A DNA stretch of 64,000 bases, taken from an uncultured Muribaculaceae bacterium (lineage in GTDB: Bacteria; Bacteroidota; Bacteroidia; Bacteroidales; Muribaculaceae). The translations under genes and the position numbers were made by a program. Where the stretch lies: contig CAZSHA010000003.1 in the NCBI GenBank assembly GCA_964606575.1, positions 7,570-71,569 on the forward strand, in the 5' to 3' direction. Shown here piece after piece: positions 9,500-17,906 of the stretch (position 1 is its first letter; each line of letters begins with the position of its first letter). The notes beneath the pieces are model-generated. The model had not been told where the DNA came from and ran no database searches. It was given only the letters and a program-made list of their open reading frames with translations.

Positions 9500-11176
9500 A
9501 TGGAATGGTTTCAAGATTTATTGTTTAATAGCGAATCGATAGCTCATGCAATCTTAATTTACGCATTTGTCATCGCATTCGGGGTTTTATTGGGAAAAGT
9601 TAAGATTTTCGGAGTGTCGCTAGGCGTGACATTCGTCTTATTCGTAGGATTGCTTGTGGGTCATTTCGGCTTTGCTATCAATCCTAATGTATTAAAATTC
9701 ATTCAAGAATTTGGTCTTATCTTGTTTATCTTCTCCATCGGATTACAAGTTGGTCCCGGATTCTTCTCATCATTCAAGAAAGGCGGGCTACTACTCAATG
9801 GTCTTGCCGTACTGCTCATTTCGCTTAATATCATTGTGGCATTAATCATATATTACACAGCTGGCAATGTTTCGCTCACCGATATGGTTGGTATCTTGTC
9901 GGGAGCTGTAACCAACACGCCTGGATTAGGTGCTGCCCAACAAACTCTAGCCGAGATACAAGGCTCTGGGGCAACAACCGCTATACAAGGCATGTCTATG
10001 GGTTATGCTGCTGCTTATCCGCTTGGTGTCGTAGGCATTATTCTTTCAATGATTCTATTAAAGACAATTTTCAGAATCAAGTTAGAAAATGAAACCCAAA
10101 TGCTGGAAGAAGAAAACGACCAAAGCCAATTAATGCCATACGTTGTCACTCTACGTGTCGAAAACTCTGGTATTTTCAACAAGACTGTAAAGGAACTGCA
10201 CGATGTGATAGGACGTAATTTTGTAATATCACGCATGCTTAGCGACGGAAAGTTCACGATTCCCACATCGGGAACTATAGTGAAAGAAGGAGATTTGCTA
10301 CTTCTTGTTATATCAGTGCAAGACGAGGCTGCCTACACTTCTATCATCGGTCCAAAAATTGAGCACGACTGGGAAATCGAAAGCAGCCCTGTAGTTTCAC
10401 GCCGAATACTGATAACCAACAACCAAATAAGCGGTAAGAAGTTAGGAACAATGCGACTACACGCTGGTTATAAACTAAACGTGACACGCATCAACCGTGC
10501 CGGCGTGGATCTATTAGCAAGCCCTAATTTGTCATTGCAAATAGGCGACCGCATCACTGTTGTAGGCAACATCAACGACATAGAGCGATTGGCTTCAAAA
10601 TTAGGAAACTCATTGAAACGTCTTAACGAGCCTAATATTTTCACAATGTTTATAGGTATTCTGTTAGGTATAGTCCTTGGCTCTATTCCATTTGCGCTTC
10701 CAGGGATGTCAGTGCCTATGAAACTAGGTCTAGCAGGCGGACCTCTTATCGTAGCGATATTATTAAGCCGTTTCGGTTACAAGTTCAAAGTTATCACTTA
10801 CACATCATCAGCCGCCAATCTGCTATTACGTGAAGTAGGCATCTGCCTATTCCTCGCATCAGTCGGCTTAAGTGCCGGTGCAGGGTTTACCGATACAGTA
10901 TTCAACTCGACTGGAGCAATGTGGGTGCTTTACGGATTCTTGATAACATTCATACCGCTGGTAATAGTAAGCATTATAGCAAGAGCTAAATTTAAAATCA
11001 ACTATTACACTATAACCGGTCTTATGTCGGGTGCGACAACCGACCCACCAGCTCTAGCATACGCCAATAAGACGGCAAACAACGATGCTCCAGCTGTAGC
11101 ATATTCCACTGTCTATCCATTGACAATGTTCTTACGGGTGATCACGGCACAACTGCTCATATTATTCTTAGCATAG
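9500..11176 (+). CDS. putative transporter of the YidE/YbjL (AspT-like) duplication family with central RCK_C/TrkA_C domains
   Basis: 558 aa. Two polytopic hydrophobic halves flank a soluble region of about 170 aa containing two TrkA_C-like segments (VTLRVENSGIFNKTVKEL..., RRILITNNQISGKKLGTM...). Confidence 0.75.
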   Translation: MEWFQDLLFNSESIAHAILIYAFVIAFGVLLGKVKIFGVSLGVTFVLFVGLLVGHFGFAINPNVLKFIQEFGLILFIFSIGLQVGPGFFSSFKKGGLLLNGLAVLLISLNIIVALIIYYTAGNVSLTDMVGILSGAVTNTPGLGAAQQTLAEIQGSGATTAIQGMSMGYAAAYPLGVVGIILSMILLKTIFRIKLENETQMLEEENDQSQLMPYVVTLRVENSGIFNKTVKELHDVIGRNFVISRMLSDGKFTIPTSGTIVKEGDLLLLVISVQDEAAYTSIIGPKIEHDWEIESSPVVSRRILITNNQISGKKLGTMRLHAGYKLNVTRINRAGVDLLASPNLSLQIGDRITVVGNINDIERLASKLGNSLKRLNEPNIFTMFIGILLGIVLGSIPFALPGMSVPMKLGLAGGPLIVAILLSRFGYKFKVITYTSSAANLLLREVGICLFLASVGLSAGAGFTDTVFNSTGAMWVLYGFLITFIPLVIVSIIARAKFKINYYTITGLMSGATTDPPALAYANKTANNDAPAVAYSTVYPLTMFLRVITAQLLILFLA

Positions 11177-11243
11177 ACAGATTTCCATATATCGAATTGT
11201 AATAATACTCATTTATAGGAAAATAAGAATTCCCATTATATCA

Positions 11244-11271
11244 GCCTCGGTCTTACTCACCGAGGCTTTTT
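11244..11271 (+). terminator. intrinsic terminator after the transporter gene
   Basis: GCCTCGGT-cttactc-ACCGAGGC (8-bp stem) followed by TTTTT. Confidence 0.75.
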
Positions 11272-11348
11272 CATCCCTCTACCTCTGTTTTATTTATTAT
11301 AATTAAAATCTTAGAACATTCAAATTTCGTTTAATCCTAAACATTTCC

Positions 11349-11356
11349 TATATTTG
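11349..11356 (+). promoter_or_regulatory. -7 promoter box (TATATTTG) in front of the structured intergenic RNA candidate
   Basis: Exact TAnnTTTG match. There is no ORF downstream until 11688. Confidence 0.4.
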
Positions 11357-11425
11357 CACACATCAATAACACTAAAATCACACTGCCTATGTAACATAGC
11401 AAAAGAAAAAAAGACATATTAAAAT

Positions 11426-11597
11426 AAAAAAGCGTTAGCTTTATTCTTGCTTTTTCAAAATCGCCAATTTAGAAAAATGCTATCAAGAGTAATTGTCTAT
11501 CGCTCGTGTCGTATGGCGCGGGCTTTTACTCGTTTGATAGCAATGGTGTTTGGCGATACCTGAAAAAGCAGACAAAGTAATTGGTCCGCGTTTTTTT
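11426..11597 (+). ncRNA. candidate structured ncRNA: a long imperfect rod-like hairpin (6S-like architecture); identity unproven
   Basis: Nested Watson-Crick helices: 11448-11457/11561-11570 (10 bp), 11461-11467/11550-11556 (7 bp), 11478-11486/11534-11542 (9 bp) and 11487-11492/11526-11531 (6 bp). A closing GCG/CGC pairs at 11432-11434/11587-11589, with flanking A5/T5. The structure ends in T7 (11591-11597). The strand was chosen from the upstream -7 box and the T-run; the helices themselves are strand-symmetric. Confidence 0.4.
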
Positions 11598-11687
11598 ATT
11601 GTCTATATCCGAAACACTCTAGGACTAAAATAGGATTTAAACATTAACTTATTCAGAATATTATCAAACTAATAAACAATTGTTTTT

Positions 11688-12872
11688 ATGGAAAAACTCA
11701 TGAAAAAATTTGCTATGCTACTTCTATTGACCATAGTAGCCAGCACTGTATTAACCTCGTGCAGTAAAGAAGATGATGAACCTGACAGTTCCAGCATTTA
11801 TTCTAATCATGAACTTTTAGGATATTGGGAAGTTGAAGGACAGTCTAGACGGTCATTACGTTTTTATGCCGATGGCACCGGATTAGAAGATGAACGAAAG
11901 TTTCCTACGGAGTTCACTTGGAAAGCCAGCACTGAAAACAAAATGCTTTTTATTACCAAACAGGGCGGTTCTACTCTGACTTTATATTATGAAATAATGG
12001 AAGGCATGCTTGTCGTATATGAGAACGGCCTCGAACTCTACGGCTCATACGCTGAACAGGAAAAATTCACAGGCTCTACCACCGGAGCTGCAGGCAATAA
12101 TATCACCTATCGCTTAGATTTGAATAGCGGTACTATCACATTCAGCGGCACTGGCGACATGTATAATTATAAAAACCTCAAAGACCGCCCTTGGCATAAC
12201 TCGGGAATAAAGAAAGCTGTTATCGAAAAAGGCATTACCAGCCTAGGTGAGAGTGCGTTCTACGGATTCCGTTCACTAATCGACATCGAGCTTCCTGAGG
12301 GTATAATCGTAATAAACAAATTTAGTTTATTTGGTGTGAACTTCGGTCACCTTACTATCCCAAACAGCGTGAAAACAATTAAAGAAAATGCATTTAATAG
12401 ATATGCTTGGATGGATGATTACGACTACCGATTAACTAGTTATTATAATCAAGTAAGTTTTGGTAAAGACTCAAAACTTGAAGTAATTGAAGACGAAGCT
12501 GGAGTTCCTATGGTTGGCTACTTAGTATGTCTTCCAAACTCGCTAAAAAAGATTGGTAGTTATGCTATAAATGCTCATGACCTATCATATATCGAATTAG
12601 GCCCGAACATAACATATATAGGCGCTCAAGCATTCCTTACTGACGAGAGGAATTGGGGTGATTTCTATATAGATTGCATCACGCCACCTACAACCAAGTA
12701 TTCTTCTGGATATATAATCGGAGTTCTAGAAAATCTTAACAACTATCCTATGGCTTTTATGCCTGTGACAATTGACAGTTATTGGACATTACATGTGCCT
12801 GAAGGAAGCAAATCAGCTTATGCGAAAGTCGATGCTTGGAGAAATTTCTATGAAATCGAAATAGAATCTTAA
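11688..12872 (+). CDS. lipoprotein with a BspA-type leucine-rich repeat (LRR_5-like) C-terminal region
   Basis: The lipobox signal is MKKFAMLLLLTIVASTVLTSC. Repeats of the type IEKGITSLGESAFYGFRSLIDIELPEGI and IPNSVKTIKENAFN follow. The start may instead be the ATG at 11700. Confidence 0.65.
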   Translation: MEKLMKKFAMLLLLTIVASTVLTSCSKEDDEPDSSSIYSNHELLGYWEVEGQSRRSLRFYADGTGLEDERKFPTEFTWKASTENKMLFITKQGGSTLTLYYEIMEGMLVVYENGLELYGSYAEQEKFTGSTTGAAGNNITYRLDLNSGTITFSGTGDMYNYKNLKDRPWHNSGIKKAVIEKGITSLGESAFYGFRSLIDIELPEGIIVINKFSLFGVNFGHLTIPNSVKTIKENAFNRYAWMDDYDYRLTSYYNQVSFGKDSKLEVIEDEAGVPMVGYLVCLPNSLKKIGSYAINAHDLSYIELGPNITYIGAQAFLTDERNWGDFYIDCITPPTTKYSSGYIIGVLENLNNYPMAFMPVTIDSYWTLHVPEGSKSAYAKVDAWRNFYEIEIES

Positions 12873-12883
12873 ATTAATAATCT

Positions 12884-13780
12884 ATGAAACTGAAACTAAC
12901 AATTATGCTTGCCGGCTGGATGCTACTAGCATCGGCATTCAATAGTTGCCGGCAAGAAGAGGAGAAGCCGTTGGTTGACGTGCCGGCTCTTATAGCGGAG
13001 CGTGACTCTATAAGAAGCATCAACGACCAACAACAGCAACAACTAGACGAACTTAACTTGTTTGTCACAACCATCTCAAGCAGCCTCGACAGCATTGCCA
13101 CTCAAGAGTCGTTGCTATTCGTAAGTTCCGACCCAGAGCGCACTCTCACAAAAAAGGACATTAGAGAACGCATCGAGGCTCTAGAACAGCTGATAGGCAG
13201 ACAACGCCAACGCATCACTGCTCTTGAGGACTCAATACGGCTGAGGGGCATGGGCGACAGTTTGAAACTAGACAAGTTCCAAAGCATAATATCTTTTTTG
13301 AAAGTACAGCTCGGCGAAAAAGACAAGGAAATTGCTAAACTTAGAGAAGACGTTAGCCGCAAGAACAAACGAATCACCAAGTTGCAATCGAGTGTAGAAG
13401 AGCTAAGCAGCAACATCGCTACACTAGAACAAAAGACAGCCGTACTTGACAAGGCTTTGACAACACAAGACGAAATGATAAATAAATGCTACCTGAAAAT
13501 AGGGACTAAAAAAGAGTTGGAACAAGCAGGTATCATCTCTAAAGGCAATATTTTCAAAAAAGCAAAACTCAACTACACGAATTTTGCCAATGCCAATTTC
13601 AACGAGGTTGACATACGCAACCTTAAAGAAATCACCATAAACTCTAAGAATCCCAAAATACTCACACCAGTAACTGCTGGCACTTATGAGCTTGCAGGCA
13701 ATGGCTACAATACTATTCTAAGGATTCTCAACCCGACAAAGTTTTGGGAGGTTTCTAATTATCTTGTAATACAAATATAA
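12884..13780 (+). CDS. coiled-coil lipoprotein, function unknown
   Basis: The signal plus lipobox is LLASAFNSC. A heptad-rich central region of about 170 aa follows (QQQQLDELN...LEQLIGRQRQRITALEDS...KLQSSVEELSSNIATLEQK). It starts 11 nt after the upstream gene. Confidence 0.6.
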   Translation: MKLKLTIMLAGWMLLASAFNSCRQEEEKPLVDVPALIAERDSIRSINDQQQQQLDELNLFVTTISSSLDSIATQESLLFVSSDPERTLTKKDIRERIEALEQLIGRQRQRITALEDSIRLRGMGDSLKLDKFQSIISFLKVQLGEKDKEIAKLREDVSRKNKRITKLQSSVEELSSNIATLEQKTAVLDKALTTQDEMINKCYLKIGTKKELEQAGIISKGNIFKKAKLNYTNFANANFNEVDIRNLKEITINSKNPKILTPVTAGTYELAGNGYNTILRILNPTKFWEVSNYLVIQI

Positions 13781-13804
13781 TGACATTAATATTAATCATT
13801 TTTT

Positions 13805-14578
13805 ATGAAACGTTTAATTTCACTAATGTGCGCTATCGCACTTTTTGCCATAATGGCGACAGCAACAGAGAGAACCCACATTGTTAAGAAAGGCGAAACT
13901 GCCGAGAGTATCGCTAAAACTTTCGGTATCTCAACCGAAAGCCTGCTAGAAGCAAATCCTGACTTGAAGCAATACATCTATGCAGGCATGACACTGAAGA
14001 TTCCTGCAGCAAGCACTCAAACGAAGCCAGGTAACGCCAACGAATCTACACAAACCACAAGTGCCACAACCAAACCAACAACTATAGTAGAAGCTGCACA
14101 AATGCAAGAATCAGAGAAGACAACAACTAATAGAGACGAAAGATTTGGTGTTACTTATGTTGCAGACTTAGATGCTTTTGAATACGGTATGTGGGGAATC
14201 ATGTATGATGGTATTACTCCAATGGGTTGGGACGGAGGCATACGCTGCGTAACAGACCTAGGAATAGATGGCACAAAATTCAAAGATGCAAGCTTTCTCG
14301 TTAAAGCTGGTCCCAACTATTGTCCAAGTTATACCGACTCTTATTCGTTCTTTATTCCTATAATGTTTAACTTCACAGCCTATAATGAGTATACGTTAAA
14401 TGAAAAAGATGAATATGAAAGCAAACCCAAATTTGGTTATGGACTTTCATTAGAGCCTACGGTTGCGGTTAATCTAGGAGGGGCACATCTTAGCGCCGGC
14501 TTGGATATCAACTGGCAAAACTATACTAAAAAAATAAATATAGAAATCGCACTCGGATTAACATTCAACCTTCAATAA
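13805..14578 (+). CDS. LysM domain protein with a T/Q-rich linker and a C-terminal beta-rich (barrel-like) domain
   Basis: After the signal peptide, a LysM domain reads HIVKKGETAESIAKTFGISTESLLEANPDLKQYIYAGMTLKIP. The C-terminal 150 aa show alternating hydrophobic beta-strand patterns. Confidence 0.7.
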   Translation: MKRLISLMCAIALFAIMATATERTHIVKKGETAESIAKTFGISTESLLEANPDLKQYIYAGMTLKIPAASTQTKPGNANESTQTTSATTKPTTIVEAAQMQESEKTTTNRDERFGVTYVADLDAFEYGMWGIMYDGITPMGWDGGIRCVTDLGIDGTKFKDASFLVKAGPNYCPSYTDSYSFFIPIMFNFTAYNEYTLNEKDEYESKPKFGYGLSLEPTVAVNLGGAHLSAGLDINWQNYTKKINIEIALGLTFNLQ

Positions 14579-14588
14579 TCTCTTATTT

Positions 14589-14627
14589 AAGCGGTGTTTT
14601 GCCCAAATGAGCAAAACACCGCTTTTT
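14589..14627 (+). terminator. strong intrinsic terminator
   Basis: 14-bp perfect stem AAGCGGTGTTTTGC-ccaaatga-GCAAAACACCGCTT followed by a T-run. Confidence 0.85.
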
Positions 14628-14768
14628 GTGTCATGATACCATAAAAGAATCTTAACATTTGTTGTAGCTTTCAACAAGCATTTTAGCTTTTAATGTGTTA
14701 AAACAGCATACTTTGGGTTATAAGCCCTTATTTTATCTATTTCATTTTAAAACTTCGTATAAAGAAAA

Positions 14769-14776
14769 TATCTTTG
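14769..14776 (+). promoter_or_regulatory. -7 promoter box (TATCTTTG)
   Basis: Exact TAnnTTTG match 70 nt upstream of the ATG at 14847. Confidence 0.4.
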
Positions 14777-14846
14777 CAAATAAGAAATAAGGCTTTTTAT
14801 AGATTCTTGTCCTAAATTACAACTACTCCTATAGAAGCTATCAGAT

Positions 14847-15974
14847 ATGAGTAACAGTTTAAACATTTCGCACATGGGAAGCAATGAGTCAAAAAAGATT
14901 CGTTGGACAAAGAGAATATCGCATTTGCTGATATTGCTAGTCATTTTCTTAGGTCCAGAACTGGCGTTCTCTTTAGGTCATCACATGCCAAAGATTTTAT
15001 ATATCGGTCCGGCATGCTATATAGCCGTATTCTACATAAATTACTACTACTTAATCAACAAATTCCTTTTCAACAGCAAGAAACGATGGATATATATAGC
15101 TATCAACCTACTCATACTGCTGTGCGTTATAGGCATCTTTTACTATATACACTCTCTATCTAGACCAGAGATGGGACATCATCTACCTCCAAAATTCGGC
15201 TTATTGCCCCCTCCGCCGCCATTAAGTCCAGAGCAAATGATTCATCATCATTTTATAGGCGCTATCAAAACGCTTCCTCGCATAGGGGTACTCGTATTGA
15301 TGGCAATCGCTTTAGGTATAGTGCTTAGGCTTGGAGAAAAATGGATTAAATGGGACAGAATGGAGAGGCAGATGAAAGCCGAGCTGCAAGAAAACGAATT
15401 GAAGAACTTGAAAAATCAGCTCAACCCGCACTTCCTTTTCAACACTCTCAACAACATATACGCGCTTATCCCTATAAGCCAAGAAAAAGCACAAGCCACG
15501 GTGCATGAGCTAAGCCAGTTACTACGTTACATGCTGTATGACAACAACGAGCGTGAAGTTCCTTTAGAGAAGGATTTACTATTCGTTAAAAACTATATAT
15601 CTTTAATGCGGTTAAGGCTTAACCAACTTGTCACGCTCACCGAGGACATCAACGAGAAGGAAGGAAAGGGCAAGACAATAGCTCCCCTACTCTTCATTTC
15701 TCTTATCGAAAATGCCTTTAAACATGGTGTGAGCGGTGACAAGACTTCGTTCATCAACATCAGCATAAAGACCGATGAAGAAACGGTTATATGCCATGTG
15801 GAGAATAGCCACTTTCCTAAAAAGGAAAACGACAAAAGCTGCAGCGGTATAGGCATCTCTAATATGATAAAACAATTAGATATTTTATATGCCGGCAGAT
15901 ATACCTTCACAACCGACATTAAAGACAATAAATATATTGCCGAACTAATGATAAAACTGACACCACAAAAATAA
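14847..15974 (+). CDS. LytS/YehU-family sensor histidine kinase
   Basis: Several N-terminal TM segments are followed by LKNQLNPHFLFNTLNNIYALI (the family H-box) and an ATPase domain. A LytTR regulator follows directly. Confidence 0.85.
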   Translation: MSNSLNISHMGSNESKKIRWTKRISHLLILLVIFLGPELAFSLGHHMPKILYIGPACYIAVFYINYYYLINKFLFNSKKRWIYIAINLLILLCVIGIFYYIHSLSRPEMGHHLPPKFGLLPPPPPLSPEQMIHHHFIGAIKTLPRIGVLVLMAIALGIVLRLGEKWIKWDRMERQMKAELQENELKNLKNQLNPHFLFNTLNNIYALIPISQEKAQATVHELSQLLRYMLYDNNEREVPLEKDLLFVKNYISLMRLRLNQLVTLTEDINEKEGKGKTIAPLLFISLIENAFKHGVSGDKTSFINISIKTDEETVICHVENSHFPKKENDKSCSGIGISNMIKQLDILYAGRYTFTTDIKDNKYIAELMIKLTPQK

Positions 15975-15980
15975 ATCGAT

Positions 15981-16715
15981 ATGAGAAATTTAAGATGTTG
16001 CATAATTGACGATGAGCCGTTAGCTCAAGAGCTAATTAAATCTTATGTGGCAAAGACTCCTTTTTTGGAGCTAGTCAACACGTTTCCATCGGCTTCAATG
16101 GCAGTGAAAACAATTATTGAAGATAATATTGATGTCGTTTTCCTTGACATACAAATGTCGGAACTTAACGGCATAGAATTTGCAAAAGTAATACCGTCCA
16201 CTTGCAAAATCATCTTCATCACGGCATTCGAGCAGTACGCATTAGAGGGATTTAAGGCTAACGCTATCGACTACCTGTTGAAGCCAGTAAACTACAACGA
16301 GTTTTTAGCCGCAGTCAACAAGGCATTAAGTTGGTTCAAAATGGCAGATTGCTCCAAGAGCGACAATGAAAGCAACGAGTATATCATAATAAAAAGCGAA
16401 TATAAATTATATCAAATAGCAATATCTAATATTTTATATATTGAGGGGCTGAAAGATTATGTGAAAATATATCTTGAAGACAGCAACAGCAGAATATTGT
16501 CACTCATGAGCCTGAAAACACTTGAAGCAAGCCTGCCTCAAGACCGCTTTTTGCGTGTTCACCGTTCGTTTATCGTACAAACCTCGAAAATCAAAGTCAT
16601 TGAACGCAACCGCATCGTATTCGGCAAACAATATATTCCTGTTTCCGACACCTACAGAGATGCATTCAGCGATTACATCAATCGCAGGACATTGACTCCG
16701 GTAAAAGACATCTAA
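15981..16715 (+). CDS. LytR/AlgR-family response regulator (receiver + LytTR DNA-binding domain)
   Basis: The receiver reads CCIIDDEPLA...VVFLDIQM, and the C-terminal LytTR domain reads ...FLRVHRSFIVQTSKI. Confidence 0.9.
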   Translation: MRNLRCCIIDDEPLAQELIKSYVAKTPFLELVNTFPSASMAVKTIIEDNIDVVFLDIQMSELNGIEFAKVIPSTCKIIFITAFEQYALEGFKANAIDYLLKPVNYNEFLAAVNKALSWFKMADCSKSDNESNEYIIIKSEYKLYQIAISNILYIEGLKDYVKIYLEDSNSRILSLMSLKTLEASLPQDRFLRVHRSFIVQTSKIKVIERNRIVFGKQYIPVSDTYRDAFSDYINRRTLTPVKDI

Positions 16716-16775
16716 AATAGATACTTCTTTTATACACTATATCTCTTATACATATTAATTTTATGGTTAATAATG

Positions 16776-16808
16776 TGCCAAGGTTCGTGAGAATATTGGC
16801 ATTTTTTT
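16776..16808 (+). terminator. candidate intrinsic terminator
   Basis: TGCCAA-(14 nt)-TTGGCA followed by T7. The stem is short, so this is only moderate. Confidence 0.45.
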
Positions 16809-16863
16809 ACATCATATCCAAGAATTAAAACCACATCTTAATTGGCATATCTCAATTAGTTTG

Positions 16864-16871
16864 TATCTTTG
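16864..16871 (+). promoter_or_regulatory. -7 promoter box (TATCTTTG) abutting the ruvX start, implying a leaderless or near-leaderless mRNA
   Basis: TAnnTTTG ends 7 nt before the ATG at 16879. Confidence 0.4.
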
Positions 16872-16878
16872 CAGTAAT

Positions 16879-17295
16879 ATGGGAAGAATTTTAGGCATAG
16901 ATTATGGAAAGAAAAGGTGCGGTATCGCAGTAACCGATCCCCTGAAACTGATTGCAAACGGACTTACAACCGTTCCATCGCACACGTTGATTGATTTTCT
17001 GCAAAAGTATACGGCAAGTGAGAACGTTGAACGGATAGTTGTAGGATTACCTAAACAGCTGAACGGCGAGCCAAGCGAAAGCATGAAATACATAACGCCA
17101 TTCCTAAACAGATTGAAGAAAGTATTGCCCGACATTCCCGTAACGATGTACGATGAGCGCTTCACCTCGGCAATAGCCCACAAGGCTATGATTGATGGAG
17201 GCATGAAAAAAATCGCACGTCAGAACAAAGAGATTGTTGATACAATTGCGGCATCAATCATCTTAAATGATTATTTACAAAGCAACAAATTTTAA
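16879..17295 (+). CDS. ruvX: Holliday junction resolvase-like / pre-16S rRNA nuclease YqgF
   Basis: [20 protein letters not shown] is the YqgF N-terminal motif. The track start at 16861 is TTG; I prefer the ATG at 16879. Confidence 0.88.
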   Translation: MGRILGIDYGKKRCGIAVTDPLKLIANGLTTVPSHTLIDFLQKYTASENVERIVVGLPKQLNGEPSESMKYITPFLNRLKKVLPDIPVTMYDERFTSAIAHKAMIDGGMKKIARQNKEIVDTIAASIILNDYLQSNKF

Positions 17296-17300
17296 ACAAA

Positions 17301-17864
17301 ATGATATTACCAATCTATCTATACGGACATCCAGTCCTACGGAAACAATCAACCGATATCACTCCCGACTACCCTAAGTTGAGCGAGCTAATCGAAAATA
17401 TGAAAACAACCATGTATGAGAGCGACGGCATAGGCATCGCCGCTCCGCAAGTAGGTTTGAACATCCGACTTGTTTACATAGATGTTGATGTGTTGAAAGA
17501 TACATATCCAGAATTAGCCGGCAGAAGTTTCATACTTATAAATCCACGTATCGAGGTGCTTGAAGACGGAAAGAAGACCAATCGTGAAGAAGGCTGCTTG
17601 AGTCTACCGGGCATACACGAATCAGTCCCACGCATCGAGAAGATTAAAGTCAACTGGCTTGATGAGAACTTTGAAGCACACGAGGAAATCATAGAAGGCT
17701 ATCTAGCACGGGTATTCCAACACGAATGCGACCATCTTGAGGGCAAAGTGTTCATAGATCATATTTCATCAATACGCAAGCAATTAATACGCAACAAGTT
17801 GCGTAACATCGTTGACGGTAAAGTGAGATGCGGCTACCGCACACGCAGTTTCAACAAGAAATAA
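17301..17864 (+). CDS. def: peptide deformylase
   Basis: Motifs [16 protein letters not shown] and HECDHL are present. Confidence 0.93.
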   Translation: MILPIYLYGHPVLRKQSTDITPDYPKLSELIENMKTTMYESDGIGIAAPQVGLNIRLVYIDVDVLKDTYPELAGRSFILINPRIEVLEDGKKTNREEGCLSLPGIHESVPRIEKIKVNWLDENFEAHEEIIEGYLARVFQHECDHLEGKVFIDHISSIRKQLIRNKLRNIVDGKVRCGYRTRSFNKK

Positions 17865-17906
17865 TAATAACGTTATCAACCTATACTCTAAACAAATAAA
17901 AGCATT

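Noticed and set aside
12874-13452. Two minus-strand ORFs (75 and 116 aa) that are rich in S/L
   Set aside because: They are antisense to the coiled-coil lipoprotein gene. The repetitive E/K/L/Q codons give open antisense frames.
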